From assembly GCA_024449565.1 (NCBI GenBank), contig GCA_024449565.1_4810.1: a DNA stretch of 64,000 nucleotides; one strand, given 5' to 3'. Origin of the DNA: a phage. Below the pieces are notes generated by a model. The model was not told where the DNA came from. It saw nothing but the letters and a program-made list of their open reading frames with translations, and made no database searches. Position numbers and translations under genes: made by a program. This document shows, one piece after another, positions 26,992-35,627 of this stretch (positions are counted from its first letter, which is position 1; every line of letters begins with the position of its first letter).

Positions 26992-28074
26992 CTATTTTAT
27001 GCCACCTGCACGACGATTTATCATGTCAAGTTGATTCTCAATATAAGGCATGACGATTGCTTCAACAAAAGCAGTCCAACCTTTCTTGCCTTCCCCTTTC
27101 CGGTGACAGTCGTGGGCGCAACCGAACACAAACTCATGTTCTGCACCAGGAATAGGGCCGCGAAAGTAAGCGCCATACGGGTCGCCGTTGGTGTGTTCTT
27201 CACCCCAAGGACAGATTATGCGGCACTTGCCTGACATGTTCTCGATGACGTCGCCATCAGACCCTTCACCCATTTTGTTGCGCGATAGAATCTGCTGGGC
27301 TATTTTATACCAAACAGCATCATACTTGTATTCATCGACGTCAATTTGAATCTCACGCTTTTGCGGCATGACGACGTGAAAGCCAAATGCCTGACAAATG
27401 TCTTCGATGGTGTAGCGCAATGAGTAGTCTGCATGGACAAGTCGGCAGCGGAACGGGTCGCCGTTCTCATCGACATATTTATAGGGGCCGTCGTGAGTCA
27501 CACGCTTGTTGTTGATGCACCCAGGAACACGGCCCACGCGCGTTACGTCTTTAATCGTGTTGTCGCCGCCCTTCTTGAGTACCATGTTAACGAAAGACCC
27601 AAGGAACGCTTTGAACTGAATAAGATGGTCAATCGGTTCTTTAAAGAAGTACCAAAGCTGGTGGTTGTTCGGTGAAGTCTCGACGATGACAGTCGGCTTC
27701 AGTCGCTCAAAAAAGAATTCCAAATCTAAATCGCCTTTGGACCCTTTACCGTGACCGATGTCGTCGACCATCATCGCCATGCCATGGCCAAAGGCCGACT
27801 CTGTACGCCAGTATCGCATCTCACCCGTCTTTGGGTTGGGAGACTTACGCATTGAACTTATGCAGGCGTAACCGTTCTGATGTTGCATCAGCGGCTTTCC
27901 CAACTTCCAAGGCTTAGGCCAGAAGCTACTGTTAATCTTCTTGCCGCGCTCGTCAGTCTGCACCGTTGCTTCAGGCGCAAACACCGTCATGACGCGCTCA
28001 TCTTCTGGAATGCCTCTTTGGAGTTCTGTTAAAAACTCTTCGATTATTTTTGCTTCTTCTCTTAAACTAGCCAT
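26992..28074 (-). CDS. primase-polymerase-like protein with C-terminal Cys/His cluster
   Basis: 360 aa; acidic MMVDDIGHG segment and CRIICPWGEEH ... FGCAHDCH cluster; sits beside the VirE-like ATPase. Confidence 0.45.
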   Translation of the reverse strand: MASLREEAKIIEEFLTELQRGIPEDERVMTVFAPEATVQTDERGKKINSSFWPKPWKLGKPLMQHQNGYACISSMRKSPNPKTGEMRYWRTESAFGHGMAMMVDDIGHGKGSKGDLDLEFFFERLKPTVIVETSPNNHQLWYFFKEPIDHLIQFKAFLGSFVNMVLKKGGDNTIKDVTRVGRVPGCINNKRVTHDGPYKYVDENGDPFRCRLVHADYSLRYTIEDICQAFGFHVVMPQKREIQIDVDEYKYDAVWYKIAQQILSRNKMGEGSDGDVIENMSGKCRIICPWGEEHTNGDPYGAYFRGPIPGAEHEFVFGCAHDCHRKGEGKKGWTAFVEAIVMPYIENQLDMINRRAGGIK

Positions 28075-28105
28075 CTTTCTTTCCTTCGGTGATCAATACC
28101 TGCAG

Positions 28106-28131
28106 TATAATATTGAGTGATACAAAGTCAA
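28106..28131 (-). promoter_or_regulatory. sigma70-like promoter TTGACT-16-TATACT (minus strand)
   Basis: Read on the minus strand upstream of the 28074 start; divergent from the plus-strand promoter at 28168. Confidence 0.45.
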
Positions 28132-28167
28132 CAATATTTACCATTTAGTTCACAATTTCGATTTACT

Positions 28168-28196
28168 TTGCTTTATACTATATCTGCAATTATACT
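28168..28196 (+). promoter_or_regulatory. sigma70-like promoter TTGCTT-17-TATACT
   Basis: Hexamers with 17-bp spacer upstream of the 28235 gene. Confidence 0.45.
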
Positions 28197-28234
28197 ATCA
28201 GAAAATATTTCCGCACTAACAAAGGTCGCCTGAA

Positions 28235-28561
28235 ATGAACGAAAAAGAGACGAAGCAACGCGAACGTGCAACACACGTCGGAATCGTTGAGTCCTTCCTT
28301 AATACAAGATTGAATTCAAGCCTAACAATCATGCGATTCCTGGGTCAACCAGACAGAATCAAATTTATTTTTGCCGCAAATCCGGTATCGCTGTACATCC
28401 CTGTTGAATCCATGGCGTACTTAGTGCGCGACGAGAAAGGATGGAAGATACCAAACACAACTGTTTTCTTCAGTCATGTTGATGGTGAGATGTTTGAACG
28501 AAAAGAAGATTGCCATTTTATTCCAGTATATCTGGACCTTGACAGCGTAGTGGAGTTATAA
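28235..28561 (+). CDS. hypothetical protein
   Basis: First gene of the plus-strand replication operon. Confidence 0.45.
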   Translation: MNEKETKQRERATHVGIVESFLNTRLNSSLTIMRFLGQPDRIKFIFAANPVSLYIPVESMAYLVRDEKGWKIPNTTVFFSHVDGEMFERKEDCHFIPVYLDLDSVVEL

Positions 28562-29745
28562 TGAACATTCCAGAATTTAATGATGAGCCAGTGATTCAGT
28601 TTAACGCGCAACAAATCGATGCCATCGAGAAGGCCGTTGCATGGTACAAGCGGTTGCAGGACGGTAAAACGACGAAGCGTGTGTTTTTCATTGCTGGCTA
28701 TGCAGGGACTGGTAAAACCTCTATTGCTCGCGAGATTGTGCGTCGCTGTGTCGGTGAGTACGGCGCTATCTATATTGCGCCGACCGGAAAGGCTGCAAGC
28801 CGATTAAAGCAAAAAGGCTGTCGTGGCGCTAAGACCCTTCACCAGTTCATCTATAACGTGCGCGGCGTAAATGACGACAATGAGCCAATCTTTTCGAGAA
28901 AGTCAAAGCTGGATGAAAGGCCGCACCTTGTTGTACTCGATGAAGCGTCGATGGTTGGCGAGTGGGACACAGAGCGCCTTCTTGATCACCGCATCCCTGT
29001 CCTGGCATTAGGCGACATTGGACAAGTCCCTCCGGTAAAAGCCGCTGCCTACTTTACTGAAGATGCCGTTGACGTGCTGTTAACAGAAATCATGCGGCAA
29101 GGGAAAGAGTCCAATATAATCCGCGCCTCCTTCTTCGTGCGCCAAGGCAACCGCCTTCCTCCGCGTGAATACGATGACGTCAAAGTATTGGCAGAATCGC
29201 CGCGCGTTACTGCATTGAAGAAATTCATGGGCGAAGATGATCAAATTATTTGCTCCTATAATAGCACCAAAGATAAATGGAATTCGTTATTACGGCAAGT
29301 GAGCGGACGTATAACGCCAATGCCAGGAATCGGCGAGAAGGTTATTTGCACCTTCAACCAACACGGTCCAGGATTCTGTAATGGCGAGCAGGGGATTGTT
29401 ATTAGCTATGAGCCAGTGCCGGACTTTGAAAGGGATGAAGACGAGTCGAATGAAATGATGTATGTCAACTTGCGCTCATTGACTGATGGTAAAGATATAA
29501 AGGTAAAGATTAATCCTCTTTCCTTCTCTACTGATCAGGAAGTGCGCAAAGAAGCGCAACGTGCTGTTGGAGGCATGGACTATGGATATGTCATCACGGT
29601 GCACAAATCGCAAGGCAGCGAGTGGGACAATGTGTGCGTGCTGGAAGAAATCTTGCGCGGCGTTCCGTACTCCAAGATGATGTACACCGCAATCACCCGT
29701 GCCAAGAAGAATCTGACCGTGTACCGTGATTTGAAAGCGCGTTAA
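28561..29745 (+). CDS. dda: Dda/RecD-like superfamily 1 DNA helicase
   Basis: Walker A GYAGTGKT, Walker B VVLDEASMV, C-terminal VHKSQGSEWDNV and AITRAKKNLTV motifs. Confidence 0.8.
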   Translation: MNIPEFNDEPVIQFNAQQIDAIEKAVAWYKRLQDGKTTKRVFFIAGYAGTGKTSIAREIVRRCVGEYGAIYIAPTGKAASRLKQKGCRGAKTLHQFIYNVRGVNDDNEPIFSRKSKLDERPHLVVLDEASMVGEWDTERLLDHRIPVLALGDIGQVPPVKAAAYFTEDAVDVLLTEIMRQGKESNIIRASFFVRQGNRLPPREYDDVKVLAESPRVTALKKFMGEDDQIICSYNSTKDKWNSLLRQVSGRITPMPGIGEKVICTFNQHGPGFCNGEQGIVISYEPVPDFERDEDESNEMMYVNLRSLTDGKDIKVKINPLSFSTDQEVRKEAQRAVGGMDYGYVITVHKSQGSEWDNVCVLEEILRGVPYSKMMYTAITRAKKNLTVYRDLKAR

Positions 29746-29903
29746 TGTTGACGTAAATTTACGAAAAATAAAACTGAAAATCAGTTTAATTAAAGTGGCA
29801 TTGCCGCCATAGTTTTTAGTTGCTACTGGCGGCGACTGAAGGCATAATTAAGTTATCCCAAACGGGGAATATAAAATAAACTAATTTATTTAAGGACTGT
29901 CAA

Positions 29904-30743
29904 ATGGCCGAAGCAATCAAAGTATTATCTAAAGAAGAAAAACAAGCCGCTGCAGCAGAACGTCGTCGCGTAGCTGAAGAAAAACGTTTGGCTAAAAAGA
30001 AAGAAGCCGAAGAAAAGCGCCAGAAGCGCGAACAGGAAAAACAAGCCAAGCGTGAAGAAGCCGCGCTGAAACGCAAGCAGGCTGCTGACGAGAAGGCTCA
30101 GAAGCGTGCTGAAGAAGCAGCTAAGAAAGCTAAAGAGCGTGCAGAAAAGGCCGCTGCTAAGAAAGCAGAGCGTGAAGCCGCTAAAGCAGCAAAAGAAATC
30201 GAAAAGGCAAAGGCTAAAGAAGAAGCCAAGCGCCTGAAAGCCGAGCAGGCTGCGGCCAAGAAAGCAGAGCGTGATCAAGCCCGTGCTGCAGCGAAGGCCG
30301 AAAAAGAGAAGGCCAAAGAAGAAGCTAAAGCGAAACGCAAGGCAGAGCGTGAAGCTGCTAAGATTGCGGCGAAAGAAGCTGCAGAACAGCAGAAAGAACA
30401 GCGTAAGAAAGAAGCTGAAGAACGTCGCAAAGCCATCGCAGAACGTAAGGCTGCTAAAAAGGCAAACGGTCAGCGTCGTGCAAAAGCCACTCACTTCATC
30501 TACACTGGCAATGGCCTGAGCCAGCCGCAAGAGCATTCCACCCGTGGACGCGTTCTGGCGGCGATCAAAGAAGGCGAAGTTGGCGTGGCACAGTCTATCG
30601 ATGAGCTGGGCGAAAAAGTTAAAGATCAACTGTTTGGCGCTTCCGTTCGCTCCTACCTGAGCAAGCTGGAAGAGATGGGACACATCGAGTTTGTCGATGT
30701 TGAATCCAACGACGATGCTGAAGACGGTGATCAAGCGGAATAA
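29904..30743 (+). CDS. Lys/Ala/Glu-rich low-complexity protein with structured C-terminal domain
   Basis: About 190 aa of KAE-rich sequence then an 85-aa C-terminal domain; preferred-codon usage unlike neighbours; own terminator. Confidence 0.55.
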   Translation: MAEAIKVLSKEEKQAAAAERRRVAEEKRLAKKKEAEEKRQKREQEKQAKREEAALKRKQAADEKAQKRAEEAAKKAKERAEKAAAKKAEREAAKAAKEIEKAKAKEEAKRLKAEQAAAKKAERDQARAAAKAEKEKAKEEAKAKRKAEREAAKIAAKEAAEQQKEQRKKEAEERRKAIAERKAAKKANGQRRAKATHFIYTGNGLSQPQEHSTRGRVLAAIKEGEVGVAQSIDELGEKVKDQLFGASVRSYLSKLEEMGHIEFVDVESNDDAEDGDQAE

Positions 30744-30771
30744 CCTGTAGGACGGTTATATAGCGGTAATT

Positions 30772-30798
30772 GACCCACACTTGATGTGGGTCTTTTTT
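30772..30798 (+). terminator. rho-independent terminator
   Basis: GACCCACAC-TTGA-TGTGGGTC hairpin followed by TTTTTT. Confidence 0.7.
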
Positions 30799-30824
30799 CG
30801 TCTGTACTAAATAGAAATGACTTG

Positions 30825-30853
30825 TTGCTGTAAATTAATTTAGCTATTATACT
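30825..30853 (+). promoter_or_regulatory. sigma70-like promoter TTGCTG-17-TATACT
   Basis: Hexamers upstream of the 30878 gene. Confidence 0.4.
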
Positions 30854-30877
30854 TCTCATATCACCCACAAAGGAAAA

Positions 30878-31873
30878 ATGAACATGAAACAACCTGTAAT
30901 GATTATCGGCGGCGGCTTGGCAGGACTTATTACCGCGTGTCACTTCCCGAACTCCATTGTGTACGAAGCAGGGGAACGAGCGCCACAGCACAAGGCGCTG
31001 CTACGCTTTCGCGGCGAAGAAGTAAGCCGTATTACCGGAATCCCTTTTAAGGCCGTGACAGTTGACAAGGCTGTGTATTTTCGCGGTAACTACTATAACG
31101 ACCATTGCCCAATCAACCTTGCCAATATGTATTCGATGAAGGTCACCAATCAGTTTGGTAGCCGTTCAATCATGAAGCTTAAAACTGCAACGCGTTATAT
31201 TGCGCCGGACGACTTCTATGATCAGCTTGTCGATAAACTGGGTGATCGCATATTCTTCAATACTCCGGTTGACACGCTTTGCGGCTATAGCGAGACGCCA
31301 ATCATCAATACATCGCCGCTGCCAGTCATGATGAAGCTGGCAGGAATTGATCAAAATATTGACTTTTCATTCGATAAAGCAAACATTCGCGTTTACCGCT
31401 TTAAGATTAAACGTAAGTGTGAACTGTATCAAACCATTTACTTTCCTGATTGCTCCGTCAGAACTTACCGTGCATCAATCACTGGCGACACATTGATCAT
31501 TGAAACAATTCCTTTGGTTAGCGTAAGTGAAGCCGCAGTTGAAGCCGCTGGCGGCATTACTCGTTACCGTGACATTAAGTTGCGTGCAGAAGTTGACGAA
31601 GTGTTGACGGCCTTTGGTCTTTCATGGAGTGACATTTCTCTCGAAGAAGTTGAAAAGGTCGACCAGAAGTATGGCAAGATTGTCGACATTCCGAAAGACT
31701 TGCGACACGCTCTACTCCTACAGCTGACCATGGATTTGAACGTATTCAGTGTCGGTCGATTCGCTACTTGGCGAAACATTTTGCTTGATGACGTTGCTCA
31801 TGACCTTGTTGAAGTTGAAAAACTCATCAAAGCAAATAACTATCAAAAATTTGCTTATATTGCTAATAAATAA
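30878..31873 (+). CDS. FAD/NAD(P)-binding Rossmann-fold oxidoreductase
   Basis: N-terminal dinucleotide-binding motif VMIIGGGLAGL; 331 aa. Confidence 0.45.
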   Translation: MNMKQPVMIIGGGLAGLITACHFPNSIVYEAGERAPQHKALLRFRGEEVSRITGIPFKAVTVDKAVYFRGNYYNDHCPINLANMYSMKVTNQFGSRSIMKLKTATRYIAPDDFYDQLVDKLGDRIFFNTPVDTLCGYSETPIINTSPLPVMMKLAGIDQNIDFSFDKANIRVYRFKIKRKCELYQTIYFPDCSVRTYRASITGDTLIIETIPLVSVSEAAVEAAGGITRYRDIKLRAEVDEVLTAFGLSWSDISLEEVEKVDQKYGKIVDIPKDLRHALLLQLTMDLNVFSVGRFATWRNILLDDVAHDLVEVEKLIKANNYQKFAYIANK

Positions 31874-31874
31874 T

Positions 31875-31919
31875 TTGCTTTCTGCTTCAATGGGCGTATA
31901 CTTTAATCATTGAAGCAGA
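31875..31919 (+). promoter_or_regulatory. promoter TTTGCT-16-TATACT inside a 12-bp inverted repeat (operator-like)
   Basis: TCTGCTTCAATG (31881-31892) and CATTGAAGCAGA (31908-31919) flank the -10; no T-run, so not a typical terminator. Confidence 0.4.
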
Positions 31920-31939
31920 ACTCATAAGAGGAAACGAAA

Positions 31940-32386
31940 ATGAAACGCATCACTGGAATCGCGCTTGCCGCAACTGCTATTCTCGGAACCATGTATATGG
32001 AAGCGACTGAAGCTGCCATCCGTACTTCCGATTCAATCGCTGTTTACGATTGCGAAGCGATGGACGGCAAGACCGCAGCGACGACTGGCGCAACAATTAC
32101 CACTTACATCGGTGTGAACGAGCAGGAAGGTCTGAATATTCAGATTCAGGGATTCACCGGAAAAGGCGCCAACCGGACTCCGTGGATGCAGCGTTTCACT
32201 TTCGTTCAGCCTCGTTCGACTGGCGACTTTATTAACCTGATTGGTGAAAACCGTTCTGGTGCAGAAATCTTTACCTCAATGAGTTCTAATAATGAACCAA
32301 AGAAAAGTTTTCAGTTGCTTTATAACGCACAATTCGTTTATCATTGCACCTTCTCTGGTGATCAGCAACTAGTGAATTACCGTTAA
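31940..32386 (+). CDS. secreted or periplasmic protein
   Basis: N-terminal signal-peptide-like segment MKRITGIALAATAILGT; AGAGGA SD. Confidence 0.45.
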   Translation: MKRITGIALAATAILGTMYMEATEAAIRTSDSIAVYDCEAMDGKTAATTGATITTYIGVNEQEGLNIQIQGFTGKGANRTPWMQRFTFVQPRSTGDFINLIGENRSGAEIFTSMSSNNEPKKSFQLLYNAQFVYHCTFSGDQQLVNYR

Positions 32387-32399
32387 TAGGATAATTAAA

Positions 32400-33209
32400 A
32401 TGAAAGTTGAATTAATTCGATACACCCAAGATGCACTTGACCTTTTGCTGGAAACAAAGAACACGCGCATGACTGGTAAGCCAGTCTCTGAGATGACAGA
32501 ATCAGAGAAGCAAGAGCACTGGCGCTACATGCTTGATACAATCAAGTCTCCTTTTGACTTTGTGGACTATATCTTTGATATCACAGCTGTATCAAAGAAC
32601 ATGACCCATCAGATGGTACGCACACGCACAGGCGCATATCAAGAACGCACCAGCCGCGCTCAGGAGTCGTCTGCATTTGATGCGATTCGTCCGAAGGCAT
32701 TCGAGCACCCTTCTGACTGCAATGATGAAAATGCATTTGATGATGTGCACATAAGAAATCACTCATTGGCAGAGAAGTGGGATGATGCGATGGCCACGAT
32801 TGACGCTCTATACCAAGAGCTTCGCGCGGCTGGCGCAGAGATTCAAGATGCACGTGCCGTGTTGCCTTCTAATATGCAAACGCATATCATGGCAAAGTTC
32901 AACTTGCGCACTCTACAACAAATGGCCTCTAACCGCTTGTGCACGCGTACTCAAGGCGAGTATCAAGAAGTATTCCGTGCAATGGTTGCGGAAGTCCTTA
33001 AGGTGCACCCGTGGGCCAATCCTTTACTACAGCCGCAGTGCATCGGTATGGGTAAGTGTGCATTTCCTCGTCACGGTAAGGCCCATTGCCCATGGTATCG
33101 TGATTGGATGGATACGACTGCACAGCAAGAAGAATTGCGCATTCAGTTTTGGGATGCCGCGCCAATCACCAACAATCCAGTTGCTAAAGATGGAGTATCA
33201 AAAGGATGA
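32400..33209 (+). CDS. ThyX-like flavin-dependent thymidylate synthase homolog with non-canonical motif
   Basis: SPFDFVDYIFDI ... THQMVRTRTGAYQERTSR aligns with the ThyX core, but the RHR-X7-S signature reads RTR-X7-TS. Confidence 0.5.
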   Translation: MKVELIRYTQDALDLLLETKNTRMTGKPVSEMTESEKQEHWRYMLDTIKSPFDFVDYIFDITAVSKNMTHQMVRTRTGAYQERTSRAQESSAFDAIRPKAFEHPSDCNDENAFDDVHIRNHSLAEKWDDAMATIDALYQELRAAGAEIQDARAVLPSNMQTHIMAKFNLRTLQQMASNRLCTRTQGEYQEVFRAMVAEVLKVHPWANPLLQPQCIGMGKCAFPRHGKAHCPWYRDWMDTTAQQEELRIQFWDAAPITNNPVAKDGVSKG

Positions 33210-34078
33210 GCATTAAAAACAGCGAAATCTTAAATGTATTCGACCTTGACGGAACGCTGTTTGATGACCGTTGGCGCTTAGACCGCATTAAGGTGGCAGG
33301 TCCGTTGTCAGACTATGATGATTATCACAGCGGTATTGGTTATGATCAGTTCTATCCTCACATTGCATCAGCAGTAGAGTCGGCATCTCTTCGCGGTGAG
33401 GCGGTTGAATATTGGACTGCAAGGCCAGAAAAATACAGACAAGTGACTTTTGAACGTCTGGACAATGTTTTTCCTTTTGATGAATTTACAATCAAGATGA
33501 GAGACTATGGCGACAAACGTCCATCAACTATTATGAAATCTGCATGGCTATCGCACGCATTGCGGCACGGCGATTATCGAATCATCAACGTATTCGACGA
33601 CCGACAAGACGTACTCGCGCGGATGCAAGATGAAGCATTGTATTATAATTCCGTTGCTCAAAATAAAATCGCTTTTACATTTAATCTTTGCAAGGCAGGT
33701 GAAGTGGTGCAACAATTAGCAATTGATCCAAGCGCAACAGGGCAAGAAGAGACTAAGGCTGTGGAAGTTGAACAATCTCCGGCAACTGCCGCCGATATTC
33801 TTGATGCAATGGCAGCAACCTTCCGTGAGCGCAACGCTGTCTATGGCGATAACGCTGTGATGGTAGGTCAGGTTATGCAAGTGCTTTTCCCTAATGGCGT
33901 GACGTTGAAAACGCCGGAAGACTACCACATGTGGCATCTGTTCGAGCTTAAGATTGTCAAGCTTACACGCTTCGCAATCAGCGGCCTGAAGCACGAAGAC
34001 TCTATACACGATGATGGTGTTTACAGCGCCATGTGTGAACGTCTTGTTAACACCCATAATATTAATTTCAATAAATAG
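33206..34078 (+). CDS. HAD-superfamily phosphatase with C-terminal domain of unknown function
   Basis: HAD motif I VFDLDGTLFDD near N-terminus; ATGA overlap with the ThyX-like gene. Confidence 0.55.
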   Translation: MSIKNSEILNVFDLDGTLFDDRWRLDRIKVAGPLSDYDDYHSGIGYDQFYPHIASAVESASLRGEAVEYWTARPEKYRQVTFERLDNVFPFDEFTIKMRDYGDKRPSTIMKSAWLSHALRHGDYRIINVFDDRQDVLARMQDEALYYNSVAQNKIAFTFNLCKAGEVVQQLAIDPSATGQEETKAVEVEQSPATAADILDAMAATFRERNAVYGDNAVMVGQVMQVLFPNGVTLKTPEDYHMWHLFELKIVKLTRFAISGLKHEDSIHDDGVYSAMCERLVNTHNINFNK

Positions 34079-34125
34079 TTTACTTGTGCGTTTCGATGAG
34101 TTATATTTATCTCATCGAAACGAAG
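34079..34125 (+). promoter_or_regulatory. promoter TTTACT-17-TATATT with perfect 12-bp inverted-repeat operator
   Basis: CGTTTCGATGAG (34089-34100) and CTCATCGAAACG (34111-34122) flank the -10; related element at 41010-41055. Confidence 0.5.
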
Positions 34126-34143
34126 TCCAAAAAGGATAAATAA

Positions 34144-34827
34144 ATGAAAAAAGTAATTGTTGTAACTGGCTGCAATTCCGGTCTTGGTAAGTCCATTTTT
34201 GACACCCTTGGCGCTTACGGTCATGAAGTTGTCGGTATTGATTTGGAGAACGGCTATGACATCCGTAACGCGAAACAGATGAAAGAGCTTCTCTCTCAAT
34301 ACGACGTAGAAGGCTTGATCAACTGCGCTGGCGTCAACTCCAACAACTGGTTCGAAGATGTTAACTACGAAGAGTTCAATCGCGTTATGCACACCAACGC
34401 CTTCTCTTTCGTCAACACGACTCAGGCCGCGCTGAAAAGTCTTATTGACAACAAAGGTTTTGTGATCAACATCGTTTCCAACGCTGCGCATATTCCTATG
34501 ACGTCCAGCTTGTGTTATAATGCTTCCAAGGCTGCTGCGCTCATGATTAGCAAGCAGATGGCTCACGAGCTTACGCCTAAATACGGGATCACGGTATTCT
34601 CTATTAGTCCTAACAAGCTACGTGGTACTGGCATGTCCAAACAGATTGAAGATGCTGTTTGCGCGACTCGCGGCTGGACTCCTGAATACGCTGCTGAATA
34701 CCAGAAAAAGGCACTGATGAATGGATTGGAGACTGAGCCGCAAGTAATTGCTGACTTCATTCGCCATATCTTAATTACGGGCGCATGGCGCTTTATGTCT
34801 GGTACTGATATTCCATTTGGGAAATAA
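34144..34827 (+). CDS. short-chain dehydrogenase/reductase (classical SDR)
   Basis: TGCNSGLG cofactor motif, NCAG, and YNASK catalytic Tyr/Lys. Confidence 0.7.
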   Translation: MKKVIVVTGCNSGLGKSIFDTLGAYGHEVVGIDLENGYDIRNAKQMKELLSQYDVEGLINCAGVNSNNWFEDVNYEEFNRVMHTNAFSFVNTTQAALKSLIDNKGFVINIVSNAAHIPMTSSLCYNASKAAALMISKQMAHELTPKYGITVFSISPNKLRGTGMSKQIEDAVCATRGWTPEYAAEYQKKALMNGLETEPQVIADFIRHILITGAWRFMSGTDIPFGK

Positions 34828-34830
34828 ATC

Positions 34831-35001
34831 ATGACTATCAAAGTTGTTGTAGAAGTGATTGGCGACGTAGCAGAAGTGAAGATTGATCAAGAAGGTGTTG
34901 GATTTGAAGTAATAAGAATCGAAAACGCAAAGATTAACCACGAGCGCGTCGGTTCCATTGAGACTTATTCCATCGAAGGCAACACAGTAATTAATCAATA
35001 A
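34831..35001 (+). CDS. small protein (56 aa, below track cutoff)
   Basis: ATG 3 nt after the SDR stop; MTIKVVVEVIGDVAEVKIDQEG ... Confidence 0.3.
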   Translation: MTIKVVVEVIGDVAEVKIDQEGVGFEVIRIENAKINHERVGSIETYSIEGNTVINQ

Positions 35002-35021
35002 TATTTAATTAAGGAAACAAA

Positions 35022-35573
35022 ATGCCACATTTTAAAATTGAACAAATCGCCCTGTCAATCCCAGATGCTCAACGCGCTCAGGACTTCCTGGCTAAAATAG
35101 GCCTGACAGAATGGTTCCATGATCACGTTGTTGCTACTGGTCGCGTATTTGAAGCTGATTACTTTAAAGGTCAGCGCGGCGATTGCACCAATGAAGCTAA
35201 CTTGCGCTTCAACTATCAGGCTGGCAACGGTACTGATGGCGGCGCTGGTAAGCCTCTTGAGCTTGAAATCCTTGACTATACAAAAGGTTGCAACTGGATT
35301 CGCGAAAACATCGAATACATCGATGCGCACGACAATCAGGTTAGCCATCTTGGTATGCACGTGACTGCCGCTGAACTTGCTGAATGGCGCAAGTTCTTTA
35401 AAGAAGAAGGCATTCAGGTTGCGCAGGAAGTTGTGACCGACTCTCACACCAACCCAAACATTGCTGGTCAGCGTCGTTACAACTATGTAATCTTTGATAC
35501 GCGTGAAATCATCGGCGTTGATTTGAAGTTTATCGTGCGGTTGAATCAAGACGGTACTCCGTACACTGCATAA
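35022..35573 (+). CDS. VOC-family (glyoxalase/dioxygenase-like) protein
   Basis: Two beta-alpha-beta-beta-beta-like modules (KIEQIALSIPDAQRAQDFLAKIGL and HLGMHVTAAELAEWRKFF); AAGGAAA SD. Confidence 0.5.
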   Translation: MPHFKIEQIALSIPDAQRAQDFLAKIGLTEWFHDHVVATGRVFEADYFKGQRGDCTNEANLRFNYQAGNGTDGGAGKPLELEILDYTKGCNWIRENIEYIDAHDNQVSHLGMHVTAAELAEWRKFFKEEGIQVAQEVVTDSHTNPNIAGQRRYNYVIFDTREIIGVDLKFIVRLNQDGTPYTA

Positions 35574-35589
35574 CGAATCTTGAATCTGT

Positions 35590-35615
35590 GGCCGTCCTAA
35601 TGGGCGGCCTTTTTG
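35590..35615 (+). terminator. putative intrinsic terminator
   Basis: GGCCGTCC-TAAT-GGGCGGCC hairpin followed by TTTTT. Confidence 0.5.
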
Positions 35616-35627
35616 TAGGAGGCCAAT

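Noticed and set aside
29925-30734. 269-aa minus-strand ORF antisense to the Lys/Ala/Glu-rich gene
   Set aside because: Low-complexity mirror ORF created by the repetitive sequence; the plus-strand frame has the RBS and terminator.
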